DNA from: Truepera sp. | GTDB taxonomy: Bacteria; Deinococcota; Deinococci; Deinococcales; Trueperaceae | Direction: 5' to 3' | Assembly: GCA_048594695.1 (NCBI GenBank) | Contig: JBMDWS010000371.1 | Location: forward strand, 1 to 52,302 | Length of the DNA stretch: 52,302 nt | Shown: positions 1 through 11,500 of the stretch, in pieces | Numbering within the stretch: the first letter of the stretch is position 1 | Layout of the letters: every line of letters begins with the position of its first letter | The notes under the pieces: model-generated | The model's database searches: none | Seen by the model: the letters and a program-made list of their open reading frames with translations, nothing else | What the model was told of the DNA's origin: nothing | Program-made: the position numbers and the translations under genes

Positions 1-2715
1 AAGGCGTGGCCACGTTTTCTTGCGGGCTACGCGGTCACCGAGCTCGGGCTATGGCTTATCGTGTCGCTCCTGAGCCCCCATCTGACCGGGTCCTGGGGTG
101 CGGCGTTTGCCCTTACAGCAGGTTCGCTTGGCGTTCTTGCCGGTATTCTGGCCCTTATCGTCGTTACCGTTGGGCTCGACATCGTCCTGGGGCTGCCGCC
201 AAGTGCGCTTCTGGTGACCGGCGTGCGGGGTGGCACTCTCGGGGTGCAGCGCGCCGTCGTGGGGGGGCTGCGGGTACGGCGCGACGTGAAGGCCAAAGCC
301 GCCTTTGTGGCCGACGTGGCGCTCCTGCGCAAGCGCCTGCGCGGGCTAGGGCGCGATATGAGCGTGCTTGGCGATCTCTATCCGGGCAGCGCCGAACTGC
401 ACAGGTGGCAGGAGATGGCGCAGGCCGCTTACGAAAACCTCAAGTGGGCCGATGAGGCGATCCTTAAGGACACGACGGACGACGTGAAGTCCTGGGAAGA
501 CGCGGTTCGCGGCTTTACCGGGGCTCGGGGGAGTGAACTCGCGGTCAAGCTTGGGCAGGAGGGCATTCCGGGTTTCGAGGAGAGACAGGCTAGCCTGAGT
601 GACGCTCTCGCCCAACCCCAGGAAGACTGGACGCTCGACGGTGTTCGCAAGCTTTTAGGGCTCGAGCTGACTGCCCTCGGGGAGCGCTACAACCGAGCCC
701 TGCGTGAGCGTGATCTGGCGCAGGCCAGCCTCAACAAGGCCGATCCGACCCTGCTGAGCTTGGTCGAGCGTCAGCACACGGCGCGCCTGCAGCTTTTGGG
801 CGAGATCGGTACGGCGCAGCGTGCGCTCGAGAATGACGCGGCCCTGCTCATCCCCTGGGACGCCTTTATGGCCCGTGTCGCGTCGCTGCGGCAGGATTAC
901 CCCTCAGACGTGGCGCTCCGCACCTTCGAGGATGAACTTGCAGCGCTTCTCAAGCGTGGTCGCGCTGCGCTCACCGATCTGCACGCCCGCGCCGAGGCGC
1001 TCGACGCGCTCGAGGCTACTCTGGGCCTGATGAGTGCTGGGCCTGTAGACGCGCCCCCGCTAGACGATGACCTCGAGGCCGTGGATGAGGATTTTGTTAC
1101 CGACGCGCCCTACGCCGACGTGTCTGGCGAAGCCCCATTCGACCTCACCGACGAGACCGCCGCCGATTTTCTGGACGACGCCGACAGCTTCTCGACCGCG
1201 CTGGACGCCGACGAGCAGGATGATCTCGAGGAAGCAGCGCGTGAACCCATTCCGGAAGTCGGTGGCATCCCTATCACCCTGCCGCCCCTCGAGATGCTCG
1301 AGGCGCCGCTTGAAACGCATGAGGACTCTTCCGCGCAGAGCCGTGAGGTTCAAACACGCATCGCCAAGATCGACAAGACGCTCGCGGATTTCCGCCTGCG
1401 AGGGCGCGTGGCGACCTCCGTACGTGGACCGACCGTGACCCGGTTCGAGGTTGAACCGGCAGCAGGGGAAAAGATCAGCCGCTTTTCAGGCCTCTCGGAT
1501 GACCTGGCGCTGGCGATGGCGGTGGGCTCGGTGCGTATCGAAGCGCCCATTCCCGGCAAGAGCGTGATCGGTCTCGAAGTCCCCAACGCGCACCGCGACC
1601 TCATCAAGTTCCGCGAAGCCGCCGAGTCGCCATCCTTTCGCCGCACCAAGGCAAGGCTGCCCCTTATCCTCGGCAAGAGTATCGACGGGGAGATGATTGT
1701 CGGCGATCTCGCCCGGATGCCGCACCTCCTCATCGCGGGCTCGACGGGCTCGGGCAAGTCGGTCGCAGTCAACACGCTGGTGGGTTCGCTGCTCTACAAG
1801 TTTTTGCCGACCGACCTGAGATTTTTGATGATCGACCCGAAGATGGTCGAACTGACGCCTTACGACGGCATCCCCCACCTGCTGCGTCCGGTCGTGACCA
1901 ACCCCAACGACGCCTCGGGTGTTCTGCTCGGGCTCGTCGCACACATGGAGCGCCGCTACAAGATGATGAGCAAGATCGGCGCGAAAAATTTGGACCAGTA
2001 CAATCAGAAAGCCCGAACGCTCGATATGCCCGAGTTGCCCTTTATCATCATCATCATCGACGAGCTGGCGGACCTGATGATCACCTCACCCAAAGAGGTC
2101 GAGTCGGCGATCATGCGCCTGGCGCAGATGGCGCGGGCCACCGGGATGCATCTGGTACTGGCGACGCAGCGCCCGAGCGTGGACATTCTGACGAGCCTGA
2201 TCAAGGTGAACGTCCCGGCCAGGGTGGCCTTTGCGGTTTCATCGGGGCACGACTCCCGGACCATTCTCGACACGATGGGTGCCGAGCGCCTGACAGGTAT
2301 GGGCGACATGCTCTTCTACCAGCCCGGGCTCGTCAAACCGGTGCGGTTGCAAGGTCCGTTTATCAGCGAGGACGAAATCTTTACCCTGGCGTCCTTTTTG
2401 CGTCGCCAGTACTTCGACGACGAGTTTGTCGAAGCCTACGGCTCGGACTTCGACCCACCCCCCGCCGATGAATCCTCAGCAAGCGGCATGGTCGACTGGA
2501 ACGACGACAAGCTCCGCGAGGCGGCCGAACTGGTAATCAACCTGGGCGAGGCGAGCGTGTCTCGTTTGCAGCGGCGGCTGTCGGTCGGGCACGCCCGGGC
2601 AGGCAAGCTGATGGACTCCTTGGAGGTTCTCGGCGTGGTCGGTCCGCACATCGGCTCGAAGCCGCGTGAGGTGCTCGTCGAGCTACACGAATTGCCCGAT
2701 ATTTTTGGCAAGTAG
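1..2715 (+). CDS. ftsK: DNA translocase FtsK/SpoIIIE (5' end lies upstream of the window)
   Basis: Frame is open from base 1. TM segment, coiled-coil/acidic linker, RecA-like motor (GSTGSGKS Walker [11 protein letters not shown] Walker B, LATQRPS) and gamma domain ([22 protein letters not shown]). Confidence 0.97.
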   Translation, partial: KAWPRFLAGYAVTELGLWLIVSLLSPHLTGSWGAAFALTAGSLGVLAGILALIVVTVGLDIVLGLPPSALLVTGVRGGTLGVQRAVVGGLRVRRDVKAKAAFVADVALLRKRLRGLGRDMSVLGDLYPGSAELHRWQEMAQAAYENLKWADEAILKDTTDDVKSWEDAVRGFTGARGSELAVKLGQEGIPGFEERQASLSDALAQPQEDWTLDGVRKLLGLELTALGERYNRALRERDLAQASLNKADPTLLSLVERQHTARLQLLGEIGTAQRALENDAALLIPWDAFMARVASLRQDYPSDVALRTFEDELAALLKRGRAALTDLHARAEALDALEATLGLMSAGPVDAPPLDDDLEAVDEDFVTDAPYADVSGEAPFDLTDETAADFLDDADSFSTALDADEQDDLEEAAREPIPEVGGIPITLPPLEMLEAPLETHEDSSAQSREVQTRIAKIDKTLADFRLRGRVATSVRGPTVTRFEVEPAAGEKISRFSGLSDDLALAMAVGSVRIEAPIPGKSVIGLEVPNAHRDLIKFREAAESPSFRRTKARLPLILGKSIDGEMIVGDLARMPHLLIAGSTGSGKSVAVNTLVGSLLYKFLPTDLRFLMIDPKMVELTPYDGIPHLLRPVVTNPNDASGVLLGLVAHMERRYKMMSKIGAKNLDQYNQKARTLDMPELPFIIIIIDELADLMITSPKEVESAIMRLAQMARATGMHLVLATQRPSVDILTSLIKVNVPARVAFAVSSGHDSRTILDTMGAERLTGMGDMLFYQPGLVKPVRLQGPFISEDEIFTLASFLRRQYFDDEFVEAYGSDFDPPPADESSASGMVDWNDDKLREAAELVINLGEASVSRLQRRLSVGHARAGKLMDSLEVLGVVGPHIGSKPREVLVELHELPDIFGK

Positions 2716-2789
2716 AGGACTCTCTACACGCCCACGGCCGCGCTCAATGAGGGTAGGTGCGCGCTTTCGCCATGCGCTGGTGTAGGCGT

Positions 2790-3284
2790 ATGAAACTACA
2801 TTTTGGGGTTTTAACACTTGTTGCCTTCGCTGCTGCCGGGTGCAGCAGCACGACAAATATAGATCCGCCCTGCTCGAGCGTCGCGCCCTCCGGGGCGCTC
2901 GCCGTTGCTTGTGTGCCCGATACGACACCCGACCCGGTCGGCGCTTGGTCGGGAACCCTGACGACCGAGGGCGTTTCGGGTAACCAAGCCTTTACCGCCC
3001 AAATTGTACTCGAAGAGGACGGGGGCGACTTTACCGGCATGTTTACCGTGGGCAATCAGACATTTTCCACAGCGGGCTTTAGCTATACTCGCACTGCCGG
3101 AGAGGTGCAGCTCACCTTTCAGAGCCCCGGTGGTGTGCTCGTTCCACAAGTCTCGCCCGCGCTCTTTACGGGCCTGACCTGGACGGGTTCACTGACCCAG
3201 ACAACCTTTTCGGGGAGCTGGGCCTGGGAAAAGGAGAGCCGCGAAGCGGCCCGTGGGACGTTTACGCTCGAGCGTCAGCCCTGA
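2790..3284 (+). CDS. Lipoprotein of unknown function, beta-rich
   Basis: From ATG 2790: MKLHFGVLTLVAFAAAG-C is a signal peptide II with lipobox. Mature part has WSGTL/FSGSW-type beta strands. Confidence 0.75.
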   Translation: MKLHFGVLTLVAFAAAGCSSTTNIDPPCSSVAPSGALAVACVPDTTPDPVGAWSGTLTTEGVSGNQAFTAQIVLEEDGGDFTGMFTVGNQTFSTAGFSYTRTAGEVQLTFQSPGGVLVPQVSPALFTGLTWTGSLTQTTFSGSWAWEKESREAARGTFTLERQP

Positions 3285-3294
3285 GCGCCCCGTC

Positions 3295-3816
3295 TTATTC
3301 CTCGAGGTACGAATTGAGCGCCGTTCTGACCGAATAGTTCGACCATTCCTTGAGAAAGTTGGACGAACTCCAGGCCTTATCGAGGCCGACGCCGGAAATG
3401 ACTTCGATGCCGAGCGCCTCGCACACTTCCCACTCGGGGATGTTGGTGTGGTCGACGCGGTCGCCGCCCTTGGTAAACACGTGCGGTTTGATCTGCCGGA
3501 GCGCCTCGCGCACTGTCGAGTCGTTTTCGATTTCAAAGGGAATGACGTAATCGACTTCGCGGATGCAGGAAACGACCGCCGAGCGGGTGGCGAGGTCCAT
3601 GAAGGGCTTACCCTTTTTGTTCGTCAGAAACTGGTCACCGTTGACCACCACGACGAGCGTGTCGCCATACTGCTTGGATTCGATAAGGCAGCTCGCGTGA
3701 CCGGGGTGCAAGGGATCGAAGCCGCCCGAGGTGCAGACGATTTTGCCGAGCGAGTCGCGCAGCGCGTCGAACTCGTCGAAACTGACGATCTTGGCGTACT
3801 TAAGAGATGCTGACAT
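3295..3816 (-). CDS. Cytidylyl/adenylyltransferase (CTP_transf_like, RfaE domain II/TagD-like)
   Basis: SGGFDPLHPGH (HxGH motif), LVVVVNGD, KPHVFTKGGDR, C-terminal SSS. Confidence 0.88.
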   Translation of the reverse strand: MSASLKYAKIVSFDEFDALRDSLGKIVCTSGGFDPLHPGHASCLIESKQYGDTLVVVVNGDQFLTNKKGKPFMDLATRSAVVSCIREVDYVIPFEIENDSTVREALRQIKPHVFTKGGDRVDHTNIPEWEVCEALGIEVISGVGLDKAWSSSNFLKEWSNYSVRTALNSYLEE

Positions 3817-3843
3817 GATGACACTCCAAGAGAGAAGTTTTGC

Positions 3844-4758
3844 TCATTTGCCAAACCTGCGCTCGCGGGCCTGAAAGCTGCGCAGGGCGCGCAGAAAGTC
3901 CACCTTACGGAAGCTGGGCCAAAAGGCGTCGCAGAAATAATACTCGCTGTAGGCAGCCTGCCAGAGTAAAAAACCCGAAAGTCGCACTTCGCCCGAGGTG
4001 CGGATGATGAAATCCGGGTCGGGTGACCCGGCGGTGTAGAGGTAGCGTTCGATCTCGTCGACGGTGACGGCTCGCGCGAGGTCCTCGAGGCTCTTGGCGT
4101 CCCCGGCCCGGTCACGCAAGAGCTTGCGAACCGCTGCGACGATCTCTTCGCGCCCGCCGTACCCGATGGCGACGTTGAGCTGGCGCTCGCCATAACGCTC
4201 CGTTGCCGCCTCGACGTCTCGAAGGGCCGCCTTGACGTCCTCGGGAAAGTCGCTGGTGTCCCCGATGACCCGGACGCGCACGTGGTTCTTGTGAATCTTG
4301 GGGTCTTCGATCATGGCGCGTGCTTGCCGCGCGAATAGGCTATGCAGGTGTGAGACTTCTGTTTCGGCGCGGCCCCGGTTGTCGGAGCTGAAGCCCCACA
4401 GCGTCACATGACGGATGCCGATGTCGAAGCACCACTCGAGCACCTCCCGCGCCTTGCCCGCGCCGTAGTCGTGACCTGCCGCAACGTCGAGACCCACGCT
4501 GCGGGCGAAGCGGCGGTTGCCGTCCATGATGAGGCCGATGTGGTTGGGCAGTTTGCCGTGCCCCACGCTCGCCTCGAGCCTTCGCTCGTAGAGCCAGTAG
4601 AGCGGCTGGGTCAAGGAATCCCAGGTATCCAGGAGATGTCGAAAGGCGGGTTTGCCAGCGCTTGGGGCCACGTTCTCCAGTTTACTTTGTACGTTTGGTC
4701 CTTGTACGCCCTGTTCCTGTGCGCCCGGCCCCTGTGCGCTCGACTCGCCCGCCGCCAT
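3844..4758 (-). CDS. uppS: Cis-prenyltransferase (UppS family, Rv1086-like subtype)
   Basis: HIGLIMDGNRR, FSSDN, YGGREEI, IIRTSGEVRLSGFLLWQ and C-terminal RRFGK motifs. Start placed at ATG 4758, 5 nt after TAGTGT. Confidence 0.93.
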   Translation of the reverse strand: MAAGESSAQGPGAQEQGVQGPNVQSKLENVAPSAGKPAFRHLLDTWDSLTQPLYWLYERRLEASVGHGKLPNHIGLIMDGNRRFARSVGLDVAAGHDYGAGKAREVLEWCFDIGIRHVTLWGFSSDNRGRAETEVSHLHSLFARQARAMIEDPKIHKNHVRVRVIGDTSDFPEDVKAALRDVEAATERYGERQLNVAIGYGGREEIVAAVRKLLRDRAGDAKSLEDLARAVTVDEIERYLYTAGSPDPDFIIRTSGEVRLSGFLLWQAAYSEYYFCDAFWPSFRKVDFLRALRSFQARERRFGK

Positions 4759-4772
4759 GTTCGACACTATGC

Positions 4773-5816
4773 TTAGTCTTGACGGCTCGAAGGGGCCTGG
4801 GCGTACTGCGCCTCGAAGTACGCTGCCTGCCCCTCCTTGCTGCCCTGCCACCAGGCGCGGTTGTCGCGGTACCAGGCGACGACCTCGGCAATACCTTCGG
4901 CGAACGTCACCTGCGGACTCCAGCCGAGCTCGAGCCGCGCCTTGGAGATGTCTAGCGCGTAGCGGTAATCGTGACCGGGACGGTCTGTAACGAACTGCAC
5001 AAGCGTGTGCGGCTTGTCGAGCGCGTCCAGGACCGTTTCGGCGATAGTCACGCCGTCAGTCTGGTTCTGCCCACCGAGGTTGTAGGCCTCGCCGCTTTTG
5101 CCGCGCAGCAGCGCCGCATGGATGCCGCGTGCGTGGTCGAGGACATAGATATAGTCGCGAATCGCCTTGCCGGTGCCGTAGAGAGGCAACGGTTTGTCGT
5201 CGAGCGCGTTGGTGATGAAGAGCGGGATGACTTTCTCCGGAAACTGATGCGTGCCGTAATTGTTCGAGCCGCGGGTAGTGACCGTGTCCATGCCGTAGGT
5301 CGTGTGGTAGGCCTGCACCAGCAGGTCGCCTCCGGCCTTCGAGGCGCTGTAGGGGCTGCGCGGCTTGAAGGCGTCGTCCTCACGGCTGAGGCCCGTCATG
5401 ACCTCGCCGTAGACCTCGTCGGTCGAAACGTGGAGCATGCGGACGCTGCGTTCGCGGGCCGCCTCGAGCAGCACCCGCACGCCCTCGACGTTTGAGCGGA
5501 TAAAAGGCGCAGCGTTCTGGATCGAGCGGTCGACGTGGGTTTCGGCGGCGAAGTTGACAATCGCGTCGCAGCCTTCCAGCGCCCCTGCGACGGTGTCCGG
5601 GTCGGCGATGTCGCCGCGCACGAAGGTGTAGCGCGAGTCGTTTTCAAAAGCCCGCAGGGTTTCCGGATTGGCGGCGTAGGTCATCAGGTCCAGGTTGACG
5701 ACGCCGAGGTCCGGGTACTCGCTCAGAACGTGGCGCACATAGCACGAGCCGATAAAGCCGAGGCCGCCCGTGACGAGCAGTTTTTGGTAGCTTCTCTCTT
5801 CGGTTTTCTGCGTCAT
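4773..5816 (-). CDS. rfbB: dTDP-glucose 4,6-dehydratase
   Basis: LLVTGGLGFIG, AAETHVDRSI, STDEVYG, YSASK, DRPGHDYRY. ATG 5816 overlaps the rmlC stop (ATGA). Confidence 0.96.
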   Translation of the reverse strand: MTQKTEERSYQKLLVTGGLGFIGSCYVRHVLSEYPDLGVVNLDLMTYAANPETLRAFENDSRYTFVRGDIADPDTVAGALEGCDAIVNFAAETHVDRSIQNAAPFIRSNVEGVRVLLEAARERSVRMLHVSTDEVYGEVMTGLSREDDAFKPRSPYSASKAGGDLLVQAYHTTYGMDTVTTRGSNNYGTHQFPEKVIPLFITNALDDKPLPLYGTGKAIRDYIYVLDHARGIHAALLRGKSGEAYNLGGQNQTDGVTIAETVLDALDKPHTLVQFVTDRPGHDYRYALDISKARLELGWSPQVTFAEGIAEVVAWYRDNRAWWQGSKEGQAAYFEAQYAQAPSSRQD

Positions 5817-6349
5817 CCCTTGTCCTCTGCCCACAGTTCCGCGCCGAAGAAGTCCCAGGACAGACGGCCCTCGTTGGGATTCTCGAGGTTGAACTGCTGA
5901 TCCATGCCGTAGAGCAAGATGGCCCCTCGCGGCCCCGCCTGATAGCCGTGCGCCACACCCGCCGGGATGTGAAGCTGTACGGGCTCTTCGCCCGAGAGGA
6001 CGACCATGCGCCGGTTGCCCTCGGTCGCCGAGCCTTTGCGGCAGTCGACGAGCCACACCTTGAGCTGCCCCTCGATGACGGTCCAGAGTTCGTTTTGTGG
6101 TTCACGAGGGTGGATGTGAAAGGCGTTGATACGCCCCGCTTCGGCTCTTGAGACGCTTAGTTGCTGCACCGTAAAGGGACTGGGCAGATTTTGCACGTTG
6201 CCCCCGTCGAAGCGGGCGTATTCCATGAAAAAGCCGTTGTCCGAGCGGCTTTTTCTGAGCTTATGCAGGAAAACACCGTCGATGGCAGGGGCAGGCGGGT
6301 AGTCCTGAAAGGTGAGGGCGCGCTGCGCAGGGTCGGAGAGCTGGGTCAT
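5813..6349 (-). CDS. rfbC: dTDP-4-dehydrorhamnose 3,5-epimerase (cupin)
   Basis: DNGFFME, AFHIH, VDCRKGSAT, HIPAGVAHGY. Lies between rmlD and rmlB; AAGGA RBS before ATG 6349. Confidence 0.88.
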   Translation of the reverse strand: MTQLSDPAQRALTFQDYPPAPAIDGVFLHKLRKSRSDNGFFMEYARFDGGNVQNLPSPFTVQQLSVSRAEAGRINAFHIHPREPQNELWTVIEGQLKVWLVDCRKGSATEGNRRMVVLSGEEPVQLHIPAGVAHGYQAGPRGAILLYGMDQQFNLENPNEGRLSWDFFGAELWAEDKG

Positions 6350-6359
6350 CGGAGGTCCT

Positions 6360-7094
6360 TTACCTAGATGGGGTTTCACGGGCCAGAAGTGCGGGTTTGA
6401 GGGTTTGCCAGCGGTCGATATTGAGGCTGATGTCGTCGGGTAAGTCGACGCCCGCTGCGTCCTTCGAGCCTACCTGCACGGACGGGCTGCGCTGCCGCGC
6501 CAGATCGAAAACCCGTTTGCGTTCTGTGGCGATATGCAGCGTATCAAACGGGATAGCCTCCAGCTGCCGCACGGCTAGCGCGATATCCGGCGCGATCACG
6601 TCGACGTAATCCTGGCTGGTATAGAGGTCGTCGAAGGCGGTGGGGTAGGGCCAGTCGCGGGGCCGGAAGCTCGTCCGAACGACGAGGTAACGCGGCGCGA
6701 CGCGGGCCACGGCCTCGGCAGCGAGTTTGGAGAGGGCGTAGTAGTTGCGCACCGGGCCGACAGGGTCGGTTTCCCGGTACCCGCCCCGGTCGCCGTAAAA
6801 AACGTAATCGGTCGAGATGTAGACGAGCGGGATGTTGCCGAGCGCCTGCACGATGTTGCGTGTGCCGTTCACGTTGACCGCCCAGCAGCCTTCGCGGTCG
6901 GTCTCGGCCCCCTTGACGTTCGTATAGGCAGCCGCGTGCACCACGACGTCGGGCGCGTGGGTGGCGAGCGCCATGACTACGCTGCCCGGCCGTGTAAGGT
7001 CGAGTTCGGCACTGCTCGGGGCGACGACCTCAGGCAGCAGGGGCTGGAGTTCTTGGCCCAGGCGACCACTCCCGCCGGTCAGCAAGACTTTCAC
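6360..7094 (-). CDS. rfbD: dTDP-4-dehydrorhamnose reductase (short form)
   Basis: TGGSGRLG, HAAAYTNV, ISTDYVF, YALSK (YxxxK). Confidence 0.9.
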   Translation of the reverse strand: MKVLLTGGSGRLGQELQPLLPEVVAPSSAELDLTRPGSVVMALATHAPDVVVHAAAYTNVKGAETDREGCWAVNVNGTRNIVQALGNIPLVYISTDYVFYGDRGGYRETDPVGPVRNYYALSKLAAEAVARVAPRYLVVRTSFRPRDWPYPTAFDDLYTSQDYVDVIAPDIALAVRQLEAIPFDTLHIATERKRVFDLARQRSPSVQVGSKDAAGVDLPDDISLNIDRWQTLKPALLARETPSR

Positions 7095-7118
7095 AGCAGT
7101 TCCCTCACAGGGTCACGC

Positions 7119-8015
7119 TCATGCGGGCTGCTCGAGGTTCGGACGGACGAGCTCGAGCAGGTACTGTCCGTACCCGGTCTTGGCCATCGGCTCGGCCAAC
7201 GTCCTGACCGCCTCCGCGTCGATCCAGCCCTTGCGGTAGGCGATCTCTTCCAAGCAGGCAACCTTGAGCCCCTGGCGTGACTCGATCGTTTCGACGAAAT
7301 TGCAGGCTTGCAAGAGCGACTCGTGGGTGCCCGTGTCGAGCCAGGCCATGCCGCGCCCGAGCGCCTCGACGCGCAGCTTGCCCTCAGCCAGGTAGGCCTT
7401 GTTGACGTCGGTGATCTCGAGCTCCCCGCGCTCGGACGGAGCGAGATCGGCGGCAATCGCAAGTGCCCGGTTGTCGTAGAAGTAGAGGCCGGTCACGGCG
7501 TAGTTCGACTTGGGGGTAGTGGGCTTTTCCTCGAGCGATACGACCCGTCCGTCGTTACCGAATTCCACGACGCCGTAGCGTTCGGGGTCGCGCACATAGT
7601 AGCCGAACACCGTCGCGCCCCCCTCGCGGGCAACGTCGGCGGTGGCCCGCGCGAGCTGCTGCGAAAAGCTCTGCCCAAAGAAGATGTTGTCACCCAGACT
7701 CAGAGCCACGGTGTCGTTCCCGACGAAATCTTTGCCGAGTGTCAGGGCCTGGGCGATGCCGCCCTTGGGGTTGGCCTGCTCGAGGTAGGTAAACTTCAGC
7801 CCCCACTGGTTGCCGTCGCCCAGCAGTCTCTCGAAAGCGGGCAGGTCGAAGGGCGTCGAGATGACCAAGATCTCGCGTACACCCGCGAGCATCAGCACCG
7901 AAATGGGGTAATAGATCATCGGCTTGTCGAAAACGGGGATGAGCTGCTTGCAGATGCCCCGTGTGGCCGGATAGAGGCGTGTTCCCGAGCCTCCTGCCAG
8001 GATAATGCCTTTCAT
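7119..8015 (-). CDS. rfbA: Glucose-1-phosphate thymidylyltransferase
   Basis: [47 protein letters not shown]. Confidence 0.97.
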   Translation of the reverse strand: MKGIILAGGSGTRLYPATRGICKQLIPVFDKPMIYYPISVLMLAGVREILVISTPFDLPAFERLLGDGNQWGLKFTYLEQANPKGGIAQALTLGKDFVGNDTVALSLGDNIFFGQSFSQQLARATADVAREGGATVFGYYVRDPERYGVVEFGNDGRVVSLEEKPTTPKSNYAVTGLYFYDNRALAIAADLAPSERGELEITDVNKAYLAEGKLRVEALGRGMAWLDTGTHESLLQACNFVETIESRQGLKVACLEEIAYRKGWIDAEAVRTLAEPMAKTGYGQYLLELVRPNLEQPA

Positions 8016-8027
8016 GATGTCACCTTA

Positions 8028-8510
8028 TCATCGCTGCGCCCGTCCGGCGCTTGATTTTGCCCGACCTGCAAGCACACTGCAGAGGAGAAAGAGACTACCG
8101 CCCAGTACGAAAAAAGGGTCCCAGAGGATGAGGTGCCACGTAGCCCTCTCGGTCGTCATGGAGGCGGGCGTGGCAAGAAGGCCGAGCGCCATGAGTGCCC
8201 GCACCGCGAGGTTCGCACCGCCGTAGAGGAGAAGAACCGTTCCGATTGCCCCAGATCCCCAGCGGCGGAGCCAGCGGGGAAACGTCTCGCCCCAGGGCTG
8301 TACGAGCGAGAGCGGGACGAATCCGGCAGCGACTTTGAGGAGCCCGGTCGCTGCTACGAAGGCCAGAAACCAGCGCTCGCGGCTGAGGAGCAGGATCTGC
8401 TCGGACTGGGTACGAGCTAGCCACGTCCCGCCCAGTGCCCAGTAAAAGCTCAGCGCCCCAAAAGCGAAAGCCCAGAGGGCGGCACCGTAGGCGGCCCTCC
8501 TTATAAGCAC
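8028..8510 (-). CDS. Membrane protein, DUF3995-like
   Basis: Four hydrophobic helices with SFYWALGG and LWDPFF motifs. Starts immediately after the stop of the upstream fusion gene. Confidence 0.7.
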   Translation of the reverse strand: MLIRRAAYGAALWAFAFGALSFYWALGGTWLARTQSEQILLLSRERWFLAFVAATGLLKVAAGFVPLSLVQPWGETFPRWLRRWGSGAIGTVLLLYGGANLAVRALMALGLLATPASMTTERATWHLILWDPFFVLGGSLFLLCSVLAGRAKSSAGRAQR

Positions 8511-11500
8511 TTAGCGAGCACCCCGGCGCGCCAGCACAGCGATCACGGTCTGGACCAGGATGACGATGTCCCACCACAGGGACCAGTTGCGCACGTACTG
8601 CGCCTCCATCTCGAGCCGCTCCTCGAAGGTCACGTCGGCGCGCCCGGTCACCTGCCAGTACCCTGTCATACCCGGTTTGGCCTCGAGGATGACATCTTGC
8701 ATCCCGCGCATGTCCGGCAGCTCCTGCACCAGGTAAGGGCGTGGCCCGACCAAGCTCATTTCGCCCCGCACGACGTTCAGGAGCTGCGTGAGTTCGTCGA
8801 GGCTGTAGTTGCGGATAAAAGCTCCGGCCCGAGTGATACGGGGGTCGTGCTCGAGCTTGTGAAATCTCTCGTACTCCTCGCGGACTTTGGGGTCGTCGCG
8901 CATCATCTCCTGCAGGCGGGCGTCGGCGTCTTGGTACATCGAGCGGAACTTGAGGCACTTGAAGGGTTTGCCCTTCTGCCCGATGCGGGTACTCCAGTAA
9001 AAAGCCGAGCCGGGCGAGTCAAGCCGGACCCAGAGGGCCAGCGCGATGAGAATCGGCGAGATGAGTAGGCCCCCCAGAACGCTGCCGAGCAGATCCACGG
9101 CGCGTTTGACGCTCTGATTGATCCGCGAGTAGAGACCGAGGCGGACCTCGAGCGCCAGCATACCGTCGAGGTCGCTGGCATAGACGCCCTGTGAGGGCAG
9201 ATTGACGAGGTCCGGGATGAACTGCACCCGGCGAAAGATGCGCCCGCGTGTGTTGATGAGGCCACTTAGGAGCTGCGGCGTCGCCGTCGGGATGGCGACG
9301 ATGGCGTGCTGTACGCCGCGCCGGAGCGCGAAGAGGTCGGCGTCGCTCAGTTTGCCCCGTACCCGCAGGCCCTCGAGCGTCAGCGCCTGCTTGTCCGGGT
9401 CGTCGTCGAAAAACGCGATGGGGTGGAGCCCGTCGAGGGGGCGAGCGCTGAGCGCCCGGGCGATGCGCCGCCCCGCCTTGCCTGCACCCAAGATCACGAC
9501 CGCTCTGCCCCAGAGTCGCCAGTGGTTCAGGAGCCGCTTGATAAGGGCACGTCCCAGCGGGGCCAGCACCATACTAAAAATGATCGTCAGGATCAGAATC
9601 GAGCGCGGCACGACGAGTTCGCGGGTAAAGAGTACGGTGCCGACAGCCAGAATGAGCCCCGCGTAGGCCGAGGCGGCGACGTGCTTTTGTAACTCCTGTG
9701 CTTCGGTCAGGCCGTAGCCCGGGTAGAGCCCCTCGCGCCAAGCCATGGCGGGCCAGAGCAGCAGGGCGTAACGGGCCAGCTCGAGGGAATCGGCTCCGGT
9801 AAATATTGGCGACATCCCGAACCATTCGCCCACATACTTGCGGGTCCAAATGGCTAGGGTGAACGCGATAAGCGTCATCGTAAAGTCGGTGAACATGAGC
9901 GCCAGGCGCACGCCGAGCTGCCGCATGGCACTGTCGCGTTCACCCGTGCGGGCATAGCGGTAGACCGCCGCCCGCCAGCCCGCGACCGCTGCGAGCGGGT
10001 AGAGAAGTTGCCCGGAAAAAAGGGTCACGTCGAACAGATTGGCGGCTCCGAGCGCCGCGATCACGGCCAAGAAGGCCGCGTCGCCCTTACGCAGGGCGAC
10101 CTGGGTGAGCGCCGCCAGAAACAGCAAAAAGCCCATAAATCCGACGAGGCCACGCTCGAAAAGGATCTGCAAGGGTAGCGAGTGGGCGTGATTGGGTGCT
10201 TGCTGGTCGGGCCAGAGCTGCCGGAAGTAGTCGGCAAAAGGGACGCTCTGCCCCCAGACGGGTGAAGCTGTAAAGCCTTGCCAGGCTGTTTGCCACTGGG
10301 TCAGGCGGGCGCGTTGCAGGCTCAGACCACGGGCCGCGGGGGCCGGAGCGTAGCGGGTTGGGGAGAGGCCGTACTCGAGCTGCAAACCCGCGAACGCCGC
10401 TTCGGAGCCCGCCACCCCGCGCTGATCCGGTGCGAACCCGAGGGAGCCGTCTACCGTATCGACTTTGCCTTCGTAGACGAAAGTGACGTAGACCCGTTGC
10501 CAGAGGCCGCGTGTTTCGAGAACACCCGCGTCGAGAACGCGTCCGGGTCCGCTGGCAGCAGCCCGCCAGTCGTCGCCGATAAGGGCAGCCTCGAGGGTAA
10601 GCGCGTCGCCACCAGAACTGCTCTGCCACGACCCGCGAATGCCCGTCTCGAGTGTACTGTCCTCGCGCCAGAGCCAGAGGCTGAGGGTATAGGCCTCGCC
10701 TTTGGTGAGTGGGACGACCTGCTGGAGCCGCGCACCCGACCCAGGCTGAAGTTTGGTGACCAGATAGGTCGTGAGGGGCGGGTTCTCGAAAGACAGCGTG
10801 GTGTCTTTGACCCGGACGCCCACGGGATCCCACCAGCTGCCGTTCCCGACCTCGGTGCCCTGAAGCAGATTTTTGGATTGCGCCGTGACCGGCGCGACGT
10901 CGATCAGAAAACCCGAGTTGCCCCAGCCGAAAAGGGGTCCTAGCAGCGCCGCGCCAAGTAGCGTCGTGCCGAAGGCCAGGACCGTAATCAGCCGCCGCTG
11001 CGGCGCGCGCGTCGTCCCGACGAGGCTGAGAGCCAGCGCTACGATGATCCAGGCGATCGCAGCCTCGCGGCTTCCCGAAACGAGCACGCCGAGGGCGGCC
11101 AGCGTCAGGCTGAGCAGTTGCCAGCGCAACTTGGGCAACAAGATCGCGACGAGCGCCCCGAGCGTGAGAACCGTATGCCCGTAGAGACTGGTCTGGGGCA
11201 GCGACTCGAGCTCACCCGGTAACGCAGGAGACAGAGTGCCACCGAGCGCGTCATAAACACCCAGACCCACAAGAAGCGCGAGCCCGGTCAGGAGCCCGAC
11301 GCCGATCCAGGAGGACTCGAGGCTCTCCCTACCGATCTTGGACAGATGAAGGATGGCGAAAGCCCGGTAGATCAGCCAGGGAGCGACGATCTGTAGCGCC
11401 CCGAAGAGAAAGCCCTGAAGCCCGTGATGAACGCCAAAGGGCAGCGCTAGGAGGAGCGCCGCACCGAGCCAGAGTAGATCCGAACGCATGAGACGCCAAC

